A DNA stretch of 64,000 nucleotides from an uncultured Alphaproteobacteria bacterium (GTDB lineage: Bacteria; Pseudomonadota; Alphaproteobacteria; Rhizobiales; Aestuariivirgaceae). The stretch spans positions 74,939 to 138,938 of the forward strand of contig CAWELV010000013.1 in assembly GCA_963810045.1 (NCBI GenBank). Direction: 5' to 3'. Positions 10,537 through 21,626 of the stretch are shown here, in pieces (positions within the stretch are counted from its first letter, which is position 1; every line of letters starts with the position of its first letter). The notes beneath the pieces are model-generated. The model was not told where the DNA came from. It did no database searches and saw nothing but the letters and a program-made list of their open reading frames with translations. The position numbers and the translations under genes were made by a program.

Positions 10537-11418
10537 ATGATCCCAAATCTTGATGTCGATTTGTTGAAGACATTCCTGGCAATTGCCGATAACGGCAGCT
10601 TCACCAAGGCGGCCGATGAGGTTCATAAAACCCAGTCGGCGGTGTCCATGCAGATGAAGCGGCTGGAGGAACTGGTGGGCACCCCGCTGTTTGCCAAGGA
10701 TGGCCGGATGAGCCGCTTCACCCAGGATGGCGAGCGGCTGGTGGATTATGCCCGGCGCATCGTGGCGATCAATGACGAGGCGATTTACGCCTTCGCCAAG
10801 CCGGATCTCACGGGCACCATAAAGTTCGGCACGCCCGATGATTATGCCGAAAGATTCCTGCCGGAAATCCTGGCGCGCTTTGCCCGCACCCATCCCATGG
10901 TGACGGTGGATGTCGAATGCCTGGGCAGCGGCGAATTGTTCGAGCGCTGCAAGCGCGGCGAAATGGATCTGTCGCTTGTCACCCATGGCTGCGACATTCT
11001 CACCGAAGAGCCGGTGCGGCGCGAAAAACTGGTGTGGGTCACCTCGACGCGCCACCATGCGCATATGGCCGAAGTCCTGCCGCTTGCGGTTTCGCATGCG
11101 GGCTGCGGCTGGCGCAGCATGGTGCTCCGGGCGCTTGACGCGCAGCAGAGAAAATTCCGCGTGGCCTATTCAACCCCCAATTCAAACGCGGTGAATGCGG
11201 CAGTCCTGCAAGGCCTCGCGGTTGGCGCCATTCCGGAACTGTGCCTGCGCCCCGGCATGCGCATTCTCACCGAGAAGGATGGCTTTCCATCGCTCGGCAC
11301 CTTTGACATCGGCCTGGTGCGCAAGCCCGGCAAGGCCAACAAGGCGATTGAAGCCCTGGCGCGCCATGTCACGGAAAGCCTGTCGAACCTGCAGGGCCAA
11401 CTGATTGCCGCTGAATAA
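10537..11418 (+). CDS. LysR family regulator (LrhA/HexA-like)
   Basis: LDVDLLKTFLAIADNGSFTKAADEVHKTQSAVSMQMKRLEE, GTPDDYA; ATC-N9-GAT box at 10507-10521. Confidence 0.92.
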   Translation: MIPNLDVDLLKTFLAIADNGSFTKAADEVHKTQSAVSMQMKRLEELVGTPLFAKDGRMSRFTQDGERLVDYARRIVAINDEAIYAFAKPDLTGTIKFGTPDDYAERFLPEILARFARTHPMVTVDVECLGSGELFERCKRGEMDLSLVTHGCDILTEEPVRREKLVWVTSTRHHAHMAEVLPLAVSHAGCGWRSMVLRALDAQQRKFRVAYSTPNSNAVNAAVLQGLAVGAIPELCLRPGMRILTEKDGFPSLGTFDIGLVRKPGKANKAIEALARHVTESLSNLQGQLIAAE

Positions 11419-11495
11419 TGCGATGTAAGTTTTCAACTTCCAAGGCGCGTGTTTCGAGGTGTGCGTTACTTCTTTCGCATTTGAGGCGCGAAGCG

Positions 11496-11571
11496 TGGTG
11501 GAGCGAAGGGGGATCGAACCCCTGACCTCGGCATTGCGAACGCCGCGCTCTCCCAACTGAGCTACCGCCCC
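11496..11571 (-). tRNA. tRNA-Ala (anticodon CGC)
   Basis: 76 nt GGGGCGGTAGCTCAGTTGGGAGAGCG...TTCGCAA...GGTTCGATCC...CTCCACCA; G3-U70 identity pair, encoded CCA. Confidence 0.97.
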
Positions 11572-11681
11572 GGCCGGGAGCTGTTCTAGAGACAGGTCCT
11601 AACCCCGTCAAGGCAACAGCTTGCACTTCGGGCCCTTCCGCCTTACATCTGGCGCGGGTCGCAAACAACCACGCAGGCATC

Positions 11682-11973
11682 ATGGCACATCCGGTCATTT
11701 GGCTTATTCTCACTATCCTCGATATCTATTTCTGGGTGATCCTGATCACGGTGATCATGAGCTGGCTCATCGGCTTCAATGTGATCAACGGGTCCAATCC
11801 CTACGTGCGCCAGATCAGCTATGCCCTGCACCGGGTGACGGAGCCGCTGCTGGGCCCCATCCGCCGGATGCTGCCCGATCTCGGCGGGATTGATATTTCG
11901 CCCATCATCCTGCTGCTCGCCCTGCAATTCCTGCGCTATCTCATCATTTACTACGCCGCGCCCCTGCTTGTGA
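11682..11973 (+). CDS. yggT: YggT family membrane protein
   Basis: IMSWLIGFNVIN...VTEPLLGPIRRMLPDLGGIDISPI; reads through into yggU in this sequence, probably because of a 1-nt error at a GTGA overlap. Confidence 0.85.
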
Positions 11974-12296
11974 GCGGGCCGCTGACGCGGAACCTTCTCG
12001 CCGTCCGGGTCACCCCCAAGGCCTCGCGTAACGAAGTCACCGGGCTTTACACGGCGGCTGATGGCGCCGTGTCGCTCAGCGTCAAAGTAACGGCGGCACC
12101 CGACAAGGGCCAGGCCAACGCCGCGGTTATCAAGGCGCTGGCCAAGGCCATGATGGTTTCCAAATCAACCTTCCATCTTGTCAAAGGCCAGACGGATCGC
12201 AATAAGACGTTTGAAATTACCGGACCCCTCCACGCCCTCGAGGCCTTCATCGCCTCGCTCACAGATACAGGACATCCAGATGGCAAAGATCATTGA
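11970..12296 (+). CDS. yggU: DUF167/YggU family protein
   Basis: [14 protein letters not shown]...[21 protein letters not shown]...GQTDRNK. Confidence 0.85.
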   Translation: MSGPLTRNLLAVRVTPKASRNEVTGLYTAADGAVSLSVKVTAAPDKGQANAAVIKALAKAMMVSKSTFHLVKGQTDRNKTFEITGPLHALEAFIASLTDTGHPDGKDH

Positions 12297-13159
12297 CGGC
12301 AAGGCCTATGCGGAGGGTTTGCGCGGCCGCATGGCGAAAACCGTGGCCGAGCTTAAAGGCCAAGCATGGTTTGACGCCGGGGCTTGCGGTGGTGCTGGTG
12401 GGCGAAGATCCGGCCAGCAAGGTTTATGTGGCCAACAAGGCCAAGCAGACCGTCGAGGTGGGCATGAATTCCTGGGAGCACAGGCTTGATGCGGCAACGC
12501 CGGAGGCGACGCTTCTGGCGCTGGTTGAAGCGCTGAACACGGATCCGGCCTGCCACGGCATCCTGGTGCAGTTGCCGCTGCCCAAGCATATTGATTCCGA
12601 CAAGGTGCTGACCGCCATCAATCCGGACAAGGATGTGGATGGCTTTCACGTGGTGAATGTGGGGCGGCTTTCGACGGGACAGGAATCGCTGGTGCCCTGC
12701 ACGCCGGTGGGCTCGGTGATGCTGGCGAAAGACGCGCTGGGTTCACTTGCCGGGCTTGAAGCGGTGGTCATCGGGCGCTCCAACATTGTGGGCAAGCCCG
12801 TGGCGCAATTGCTGCTGGCGGAAAACTGCACGGTCACCATCGCGCATTCCAAGACCAAGGATTTGCCAGCGGTGGTGCGCCGCGCCGATCTGGTTATCGC
12901 CGCGGTGGGCCGCGCCGAAATGGTGAAGGGCGACTGGCTGAAGCCCGGCGCCTGCGTCATCGACGTGGGCATCAACCGCATCGAGCGCGACGGCAAGGGC
13001 AAGCTGGTGGGTGATTGCGATTTTGCCAGTTGCGAAAAAGTGGCGGGCTCGATCACGCCGGTTCCCGGCGGCGTCGGCCCCATGACCATCGCCTGCCTGC
13101 TGCGCAACACGGTGCGCGCGGCTTGCGCGCAAAAGGGCATTGCGATTCCGGAGATGTGA
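12280..13159 (+). CDS. folD: Methylenetetrahydrofolate dehydrogenase/cyclohydrolase (frameshift near 12358)
   Basis: [64 protein letters not shown]. Confidence 0.96.
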
Positions 13160-13429
13160 GCTTCAAAGGGAAACCATAATCTTCAACGATTTGATGATAA
13201 TCCCCAATGGCGGCTTTTCGAATGTCTTGCAGATCGGCTTCCCCGGAGAGATCAAGGACTATTCGCAACTCCATCTTTGACTCCGCCGTGCAACATATCC
13301 TTGAGGACCGGATCAGTTCGCGAGATTTCCGCGCCGTGGAAGGCTTCAAGCCGCGACCGGGATAGGCGCAATTCGGGCGGCGAGCAAGCGATCCAGCCGA
13401 AGGCCGGCATGCAGCGCAACATTCAACGC

Positions 13430-13815
13430 GATTTCCAGGGTCATCCAAGCATCGCTTTCACTGCCCAACAGTTCTTTCTGAACATCAATTTCGCCGAACT
13501 CTTCGATGCGTTGGGATTTGCGCCCCAACGCGGCGATGTCGAAGGCCTGGGTCCGATCCACGCGGGACTTCAGTTCCAAGGCCCGCAAGTCCGCTCAGCG
13601 AATGATGTCGCGGAGGCGTTCTGAACAGCTGGTTGTAATGCTCGTAGGTCAGCATATGGACCGAGAAGAAGATCTGGCCCTTGACGTTCCAGTGCACGAG
13701 CTGGGTGGGGAGCAGATTCATAGGAAAAGATCAAGACTGGCTTGCCAGAAGCCCTGCGATCTTGCGGCGGTCCTTGGCATCAATATCGGTGTTGCGGGTT
13801 CAAGAATTTTGGAAA
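13430..13815 (-). pseudogene. Degraded Dps/ferritin-like gene
   Basis: Fragments DIDAKDRRKIAGLL, TQLVHWNVKGQIFFSVHMLTYEHYNQLF and D-I-I-A-E-R-x-R-A-L across several frames, with an in-frame stop; limits approximate. Confidence 0.65.
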
Positions 13816-13959
13816 ATGTAATGATGAACTCTTGATGATGCTGTTGTGACGCCCCGCAAGGGCCTGCATAAAAATTGACATCCCCGACGCTCAGCCTACA
13901 AAAGAATGCCGTCGTTTCTTTCAGGTCTACGACGCAGAAAAACAATAATGGAGGAACAC

Positions 13960-14755
13960 ATGTACGCATTTTCAACCCGGCGCCTGGCTTTGGTGTCAGG
14001 CCTGGCCCTTGCCCTTGGCTTCATGGGCGCGGCCGCGGTCCAAGCCGACGAACTCGACGACATCACCAAGGCAGGGGTGATCAAGGTCGGCATTTTCGAA
14101 GACTTTCCGCCCTTCTCCTCGGCCGGCACCGATCTCAAGTCGCAAGGCTATGATATCGACGTGATCAATGCCCTGGCGAAAGCCCTCAACGTCACGCCGG
14201 AATTGACCGGCATCACCGGGCAGAACCGCATCCCGTCGCTCACCGAACACAAGCTCAACCTGCTGGTCAGCGTTGGGGTGAGCGACGAGCGCAAGAAGGT
14301 GGTGGCGTTCACCGCGCCCTACGCGCCCTATTCCATTGACGTGATGGGGCCCAAGGCGCTCGAGGTGAAGGGGCCGGCCGATCTGGCGGGCAAGTCGGTT
14401 GCGGTCAATCGCGGCACGCTGGAAGACACCTCGGTCACCGAAGTGGCGCCGGCGGGCACCGACATCCAGCGTTTCAACGACTACAATGGCGTGATCTCGG
14501 CGTTTCTGTCGGGACAGGTGCAATTGATGGTGGTTGGCAATGACGTGGGTGCTGCGGTTCTGGCCAAGCAACCCGTCAATCGAACCGGAATCGAAATTCC
14601 AGCTCCTCAATTCACCCTCCGCCATGGCCATCAACAAGGGCGAAGACCGGCTGCTGGCCAAGATCGACGAGGCGCTGGCTACGATGAAGAAGGACGGAAC
14701 GCTCGACGCCATTTCGAAGAAGTGGCTGTTCATTCCGCTGCCCCCGGAACTCTGA
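13960..14755 (+). CDS. Polar amino acid ABC transporter substrate-binding protein (frameshift near 14578)
   Basis: Signal peptide, GVIKVGIFEDFPPF, GYDIDV, NRIPSL, DGTLDAISKKW; GGAGG RBS. Confidence 0.9.
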
Positions 14756-14762
14756 GTTCATC

Positions 14763-15433
14763 ATGGGCTATGAGCTCGATTTTGGAGCCCTGCTCCAATA
14801 TCTGGGTTTGTTTCTCGAAGGTACGGCGGTCACGCTTGGCTTGACCGCCGTTGCCTCGCTGCTGGGAATAGCTCTCGGCATTGCCGGGGCTGCGGCCTTT
14901 CGGAGCAAACACATTTGGCTCCGACGGGCGATTGCGGGCTACGTCGAATTGATCCGCAACACGCCCTTTATCGTGCAGATGTTTTTCCTCTTCTTCGGCC
15001 TGCCGAGCATCGGGCTTCGCCTCAGCGCGCTGCAGGCGGCAGCACTGGCGATGACCATCAATCTCACGGCCTATGCCATCGAGATCCTGCGCGCGGGGCT
15101 GGAAGCGGTGCCGCCCGGGCAAAGCGAGGCGGGCCGCAGCATGGGCCTGAAGCCGCTGCTGATCTTCGGCTTCATCGTCCTGCCGCAGGCGCTGGCCAAC
15201 GTTTATCCGGCGCTGGTCGGGCAGATCACCATCACGATGCTTGAATCCGCCGTGGTTTCGCAGATCGCCGTGGTCGATCTCACCCATGTCGGCCGATTAT
15301 CATCCAGTCGCGCAATTTCCGCTCCTTCGAAACCTATCTGGTGATCACCCTGATCTATCTGGTGCTGGCGGTTCTCATGCGCCGCATGCTGGCGCTTGCC
15401 GGGCGGCAGCTCTTTGCAGGACGCGTGCGATGA
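14763..15433 (+). CDS. Amino acid ABC transporter permease (frameshifts near 15290-15310)
   Basis: YVELIRNTPFIVQ, AYAIEILRAGLEAVPPGQSEAG, IVLPQA. Confidence 0.9.
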
Positions 15434-16083
15434 CCGATTTCACCCTGTGGGATCTCGTGCGAAACCTGCTGCTGGCGGCGCGCTGGACTCTGCTGCTGTC
15501 GGCCATCGCCTTTGCCGGGGGCGGCATCGTCGGCCTGGCTCTGCTGCTGATCCGCATTGGCCGCAACAAATGGGGGCGCACCGCGGTGATGCTCTATGTC
15601 GAACTTTTCCAGAGCACGCCGCTGCTGCTGCAATTGTTTCTGGTCTATTTCGGCCTGCCCAAGCTGGGGATTGATGTTTCGGCCTGGCTTGCCGCCGCCG
15701 TCTGCCTCACGCTTTATTCGAGCGCCTTTCTCACCGACATCTGGCGCGGCAGCGTCGAGGCAATCCCGCGCGGCCAGTGGGACGGCAGCGCCAGCCTGGG
15801 GCTGCATTATCTCTCGCAACTGCGCCTGGTGATCCTTCCGCAGGCCACGCGCATGGCCATTCCGCCCACCGTCGGCTTTCTCGTGCAACTGGTGAAAAGC
15901 ACCGCACTTGCATCGATCGTCGGCTACCACGAACTGACCAAGACGGCGCAGATTCTGACCAACGCCACCTTCCAGCCTTTTGTCATCTACGGGCTCGTGG
16001 CGCTGATTTATTTTGCCATCTGCTATCCGCTGACGAAGTGGTCGCGCGGGCTGGAACGGCGCCTGGCCGTTAGCACACACTGA
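15430..16083 (+). CDS. Amino acid ABC transporter permease
   Basis: YVELFQSTPLLLQ, IWRGSVEAIPRGQW, VILPQA, VKSTALAS; ATGA overlap. Confidence 0.92.
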   Translation: MTDFTLWDLVRNLLLAARWTLLLSAIAFAGGGIVGLALLLIRIGRNKWGRTAVMLYVELFQSTPLLLQLFLVYFGLPKLGIDVSAWLAAAVCLTLYSSAFLTDIWRGSVEAIPRGQWDGSASLGLHYLSQLRLVILPQATRMAIPPTVGFLVQLVKSTALASIVGYHELTKTAQILTNATFQPFVIYGLVALIYFAICYPLTKWSRGLERRLAVSTH

Positions 16084-16096
16084 TCGTTGACGGGCC

Positions 16097-16787
16097 TTAC
16101 TCCGCCGCCTGGCGGAAGCGCAGGAGATTGGCCTGCACGGCATGGAGATGGCGGTCCATGGCGGCGGCCGCGGCCGCCAGGTCGCGGTCGGCGATGGCCT
16201 CGACCAGCGCATCATGCTCGCGAAAGCTGTGGTGATCGGCAGGCGGGCGGTCGACATTGTCGCGCAGCCGCCCCCACACCACGGCGCGGCGCACGGCATT
16301 GAGCGTGTCGAACAGCGCGATGAGAAGCGAATTGTGCGAGGCCTCCGCCACCAGCCGGTGCAGCCGGTTGTCGCAATTCTCATATTGCCGCCAGGTGGTC
16401 GGCTTCGCGTGAGGCCTTCAGGCACTGGCGCATCTCGGCGATGTCGGCGGCGGTGGCATTGAGTGCGGCCTCGCGCGCGAGCAGCGGCTCGATCAGCAGC
16501 CGGGCATGCATGACTTCGCGCGGATTGCTGGCGGCGGCGATATCGGCGACGCTCCGGTAATTTCCTCGACCGGGCGGGTGCCCGACGAAGGTGCCCTTGC
16601 CGACATGGCGCCAGAGCTCGCCATTGCTCTTCGAGCACGGCCAGCGCCTTGCGCAATTCGCCGCGCGAGACGCCGAGCAGCTCGCAGAGCTCGCGCTCCG
16701 GCGGCAGTTGCGCATTGGCACTGGCAGGTCGTGCTGCGCCAGATAGGCCCGCAGTCTGCGTCAAGCGCGCCCTGCGCTCTCGTCCAT
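16097..16787 (-). CDS. GntR/FadR family regulator (several frameshifts)
   Basis: LPPERELCELLGVSRGELRKALAVLE...WRHVGKGTFV wHTH; FCD domain EHDALVEAIADRD...MDRHL. Confidence 0.85.
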
Positions 16788-16854
16788 TGTTCCCGGCTCC
16801 CTGATTCCGAGTTGTGCCGCTGGAAACCTCATAGCGGCCGGACCATATCGGTCA

Positions 16855-16869
16855 ATTGGCTTGACCAAT
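16855..16869. promoter_or_regulatory. FadR-type operator ATTGG-N5-CCAAT
   Basis: Palindrome in the divergent promoter between the FadR regulator and the ABC operon; resembles LldR/PdhR-type sites. Confidence 0.55.
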
Positions 16870-16985
16870 ATTCTTTACTTGCCTAATCAATCAAGAATTG
16901 GTTAAATCGTCAATCGAGGCAGGAAGACGCGAAATGCGCACCAGAGCCTCCAAGATAATCGAGAAATACATGGGAGAAGTCTCAG

Positions 16986-17978
16986 ATGAAACCAATTTCC
17001 AAAATTCTTGACAAGGCTGCCGCAGCAGCCGTCATGCTGTTCGCCTTCACCATCGCGGCTGAGCCGCCGAAAAGGTGCGCGTTGCGCTGGGCGATGTCGT
17101 CTCGGTCGAGACGCTTGCTTTCGTGGTGGCGATGGAACGCGCCAAGGACCGGGGCGTCGACTACGAGCTGACCTCCTTCGCCAAGGAGGAGCTCGCGATC
17201 CAGTCCATGATCAACGGCCAGTCGGATCTCGGCGTCGGCACGCCCTATGCGGTGATCCAGAAGTCCAAGCTGCCGCTCAAGAACATCTACCAGATGTCGC
17301 GCCTGGTGTTCTTCCCGGTCGCCTCCAACGAATACAAGACCTGGAAGGACATGAACGGCCAGCCCATCACCTTCCATGCCCGCGGCACCGGCACCGAGGC
17401 GATCGGCAACATCATCGCCAAGCGCGAAGGCATCGAGTTCGGCGAGCGCAGCTATGTGCCGGGCTCGGAAAACCGCATCATCGCGATGATGAACGGCCAG
17501 ATCAAGGCCACCGTCGTCGATCTCGCCAACAAGAACACTGCTGATGGCGAAGGCCGGCGACCGCTTCCATGTGCTGCCCGGCGCTCGACGAGCCGGCGAG
17601 CGACGAGCTGGTCTTCGCCAGCGACGGCTGGCTCAAGGACAATCGCGAGACAGGCCAACATCATCGTCGAGGAGCTGCACAAACTGTGGCGCGAGATGAA
17701 GGCCGATCCCGGCGATCATCGAAGACGGAGCGCGCCAAGCGCAATCTGATCTCCGACCAGCCGAAGGAAGTGCTGGACGAAGTCGTGCCGTTCTACACCG
17801 AAGCGACGAAGGAAGGCGTCTATGCGCCGCTCGAGGACGCCGCCGACGTCGCCAAGGTCGATTTCCTCGTTCTACACCGAGGCCGGCCAGCTGGAGGGTC
17901 CGGCCGAGCACGCTGAAGGTCGAGGATTTCTGGGACCTGGGCCCGCTCGAGGCCGCCAAGAAGGCGCTCGGGGGTTAG
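16986..17978 (+). CDS. NitT/TauT-type ABC substrate-binding protein (multiple frameshifts)
   Basis: Signal peptide followed by RVALGDVVSVE...HARGTGTEA...GSENRIIAMMNGQIKATVVD; position in operon. Confidence 0.7.
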
Positions 17979-18053
17979 AAGCGCTCAGTTGCCGTCGTGC
18001 GGCCGGAGCATGCGCGCAAGGCCGTGCCCGGAGCACGGCACTGGACAAGCAGC

Positions 18054-18880
18054 ATGACCCTCATCGCCGATATGAAGCTCGATCAGTCGCAGCAGGTCGG
18101 ACTTCGCGGCGAGATCTCCTCGCCCATCCGGCGATGCTTGTGGCTCCTCTCGGCGGTGATCGTCTTCGGCGCCTGGGAGATTGCCGGGCGCTGTCCGATC
18201 AGCCCGGCCTTTCCGCCCTTCTCGGACACCATGGCGGCGCTGTTCGGCATGATCGCCGACGGCTCGCTGGGCAAGGCGCTTCTGCATCACGCTCAAGCCC
18301 CTTGTCCATCGGGCTCGCCGCCTCGGTCGTCCTCGGCGTCGGGCTCGGCGTGCTGATGGGCCTCAACCGCTTCGCCGAATGGCTGGGCTCGCCGATCTTC
18401 ATCATCGCCCAGTCGGCGCCGCTCGCCGCGCTGATCCCGATCCTGACCTTCGCCTATGGCATCGGCCTCACCGCCAAGGTGCTCACCGTCTGCATCATGG
18501 CGATGCCGGTGATCGTGCTGAACTCGCTCAACGCGGTGCGCCACACGCCGCAGTCGCTTGCTCGAGATGGGCCAGTCCTTCCTCGGCCTCGCGCTGGCAG
18601 ATCATCTTCAAGATCATCCTGCCGGCGGCGAGCCCGGTGATCTTCGCGGGCCTCCGGCTCGGCTGTGCGGCAGGCTTCATCGGCGTCATCCTCGCCGAAC
18701 TCCTGATCACGCCGACCGGCATCGGCGACATCATCACCTACAACCAGTCGATCGCCGAATATGCGAAGATGTATGCGGCGATCTTCGCCATCATCGTCGC
18801 TTTCGGTGCTGTTCATCATGCTGCTCGAACGCATCGAGACCAGTCATGTTCCGCCCGGAGAAAGCGAGCCCGCATCATGA
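18054..18880 (+). CDS. NitT/TauT-type ABC permease (multiple frameshifts)
   Basis: [32 protein letters not shown]...ILAELL. Confidence 0.8.
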
Positions 18881-19680
18881 CGTGCCGCCGCCTTGCCGCA
18901 AAACGCGATACGCGCCCCGGCCCATGGTCGAGGTCCGCCGCGTGTCGAAGATCTATGCCGGCGGCGTCGAGGCGCTCAACGACCTCTCGCTCGATTTCCC
19001 GGAAGGCCAGCTCACCTCGCTGCTCGGCCCTTCGGGCTGCGGCAAGACCACCCTGCTCAAGATCATCGCCGGCCTCATCCCCGCGACATCGGCGGCGAGG
19101 TCGAGGTCGACGGCAAGGCGGTGACCGGCCCGGGCCCCGAGCGCGCTTTCGTGTTCCAGGATTTCGCGCTGATGCCCTGGGCCAACTGTCATGCGCAATG
19201 TCGCCTTCGGCCTCGAGCTGCAAAGGCGTGGCGCGTGAGCGAACGCGAGGCGGTGGCCGAGAAATATATCGCGAGCGTCGGCCTCAAGGGCTTCGAGAGC
19301 GCCTATCCGCATGAGCTCTCGGGCGGCATGCGCCAGCGCGTCGGCCTGGCGCGGGCGCTCGCCGTCAATGCCAAGGTGCTGCTGATGGACGAGCCGTTCT
19401 CGGCGGTCGACGAGCAGACGCGGCGCAAATTCCAGGAGGACCTGCTCGAGCTCGTCGCGCAGCGAGCGCAAGACCTTCCTGTTCGTGACCCATTCGATCG
19501 AGGAGGCGGTCTATGTCTCGGACCGCATCGTCATCCTGTCGCGGCGGCCGAGCCGGGTTTCCGCCATCGTCGAGCCCGCAGATCGCGCGCGGCGGCGATC
19601 CCGACCAGATCCGCCGCGACTCCGCCTATCTCGATACGGTCGAGGCGATCTGGCAGAGCCTCAAGCGCTATCTGGATTGA
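18877..19680 (+). CDS. NitT/TauT-type ABC ATP-binding protein (multiple frameshifts)
   Basis: Walker [51 protein letters not shown]. Confidence 0.88.
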
Positions 19681-19690
19681 GGGCCAGCCC

Positions 19691-20493
19691 ATGACCATCG
19701 GCAAATTCCGCTTGCCCATCATGTCCTCGCTCATCATCTGGGCGGTGCTCTGGGAGATCGTCGGGCGCGCCGGCGCGTCCTTCGTCATCCCGCCGCTTTC
19801 GGCCATCTTCGCAGCGGATCATCGAGATCGTGCCGACGCCGCCTTCGGCGATGCCCTGTGGATCACCGGCAAGGCCTTCGTCATCGGCAACTTCATCGCC
19901 ATCGTGCATCGGCGTGCCGCTCGGCGTCGCGATGGGCCGCTCGATCATCGCCGACCGCGTATTCCTGCCCTGGGTCAACCTGTTTCTGTCGGCGCCGCTC
20001 TCGGCGCTGGTGCCGGTCATCATGGTGATGTTCGGCGCCGGCCAGACCACCATCATCTCACCGTCGTGCTGTTCGCCATCTGGATCATCGTGCTCGACGC
20101 GCGCGCCGGCGTGCGCAGCATCTCGCCCTCGCTGGTCGAGATGGCGCGGAGCTTCGGCGCCACGCCGCTGGCAGGCCTTCAGCAAGATCTATCGTGTGGG
20201 CGGCGCTGCCCGAAATCCTCGCCGGCGTCCGGCTCGGCCTCATCCGCGCCGTCAAGGGCGTGGTCATCGGCCAGATGCTGGTCTCGATCGTCGGCTTCGG
20301 GCGGCTGTTCGAGATCTATTCCTCGCGCTTCCTGATGGAGCATTTCTGGGCGCTGCTGTTCGTGCTCTTCGCCTTCGCCTTCGCGATCAACGAGGTGCTG
20401 GCCTGGCTGGAGCGGCGCTTCGAATATTTCGCCGTCGTCGCGCAACTGAACCTCACTTCATACAAGGAGCAGACTTGCAAATGGATTTCGTGA
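19691..20493 (+). CDS. NitT/TauT-type ABC permease (multiple frameshifts; 3' end uncertain)
   Basis: WEIVGR, APLSALVP, LVEMARSFGA, AALPEILAGVRLG. Confidence 0.8.
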
Positions 20494-21166
20494 TTGCCCA
20501 GCCCGCGCCAGGCCATTGTCTCCGGTGAAGGGCGCAAGGCCGCATTCCCGGTGCACCGCATCTATTGCGTCGGCCGCAACTATGCCGCGCATGCGATCGA
20601 GATGGGCGGTGATCCCAATCGCGAGGCGCCGTTCTTCTTCCAGAAGAACCCGGACAATCTGGTTCTCGACGGAGCGTTTCCCTATCCGCCCGCCTCAAAC
20701 GACGTGCATCACGAGATCGAACTGATCGTGGCGCTGAAAAGGGCGGCAAGGACATTCCGCTCGAGAAGGCGCTCGACTGCGTCTATGGCTATGGCGTCGG
20801 CCTCGACATGACGCGCCGCGACCTGCAGGGAAAGGCCAAGGAGGCGGGCCGGCCATGGGAAATCGGCAAGGCCTTCGAAGCCTCGGCACCCTGCCCGCAC
20901 GCTGGTGCCGGCCAGCGAGATCGGCCATCCCGTCAAAGGGCGCGATCTGGCTCGAGGTCAACGGCGAGCGCAAGCAGACCGGCGACCTCAACCAGATGAT
21001 CTGGAAGGTGCCGGAAATGATCAGCTATCTCTCCGGCCTCTTCGCGCTGCAGCCGGGCGACCTCATTTTATCGGGCACGCCATCGGGCGTGGGCGCGGTG
21101 AACCGCGGCGACAAGCTGCATGGGCATATCGACGGCATCGGCGATCTTGAAGTCCGCGTCGTCTGA
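20481..21166 (+). CDS. Fumarylacetoacetate hydrolase family protein (multiple frameshifts)
   Basis: [53 protein letters not shown]. Confidence 0.9.
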
Positions 21167-21177
21167 GCGGCGCGTGG

Positions 21178-21597
21178 TCACCCAACGGATTCACCATCGC
21201 TTTGCAGCATCAGCAAGGCTTCCGGATATTTGCTGCTGTTCTTGCCCATCGGAAAATGCTTCAGGTGATCCTGGATATCGGCGATTTTAACCAGGCGGCC
21301 AATCTTGTTCCGGCTCGCCCGTTTGACCAGGTCCTCAAACTTCTCGCCCGGCGTTTTCGTCAAGGCTTCGACCGCCTCGAGAACCTCTGCACTGAATCCC
21401 TCAAGGCGAAGGCGCTCAAGGGTCCAGTCACCGGACTTCTCCACCACATCGTGGAGAATGGCGGCAATCCTGGACTCCGGCGAGTGCAGGGTGAGCATCA
21501 TGCGCAGGGGATGGAGAATGTAGGGTTCCCCGGCCGGATCAAATTGCCCGGCGTGGGCCCGCGCGGCGATTTCGATTGCTCTCTCCAATGTGCTCAT
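21178..21597 (-). CDS. Stand-alone HD-domain protein of the RelA/SpoT hydrolase (SAH/Mesh1-like) type
   Basis: AIEIAARAHAGQ..GEPYILHPLR, AAILHDVVE, VEALTK, VKIAD. Confidence 0.8.
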   Translation of the reverse strand: MSTLERAIEIAARAHAGQFDPAGEPYILHPLRMMLTLHSPESRIAAILHDVVEKSGDWTLERLRLEGFSAEVLEAVEALTKTPGEKFEDLVKRASRNKIGRLVKIADIQDHLKHFPMGKNSSKYPEALLMLQSDGESVG

Positions 21598-21626
21598 CGC
21601 TGCAATATCCTTTCTCTCGGATTTGC

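Noticed and set aside
1-11571. Genomic island integrated at tRNA-Ala
   Set aside because: No integrase and no duplicated tRNA 3' end found by eye; the genes next to the tRNA 3' end (LysR, DUF1127) look native.
11682-12296. Apparent YggT-YggU fusion (204-aa ORF)
   Set aside because: The junction reads CTGCTTGTGAGC; removing one base restores a normal GTGA stop/start overlap, so it is probably an indel artefact.
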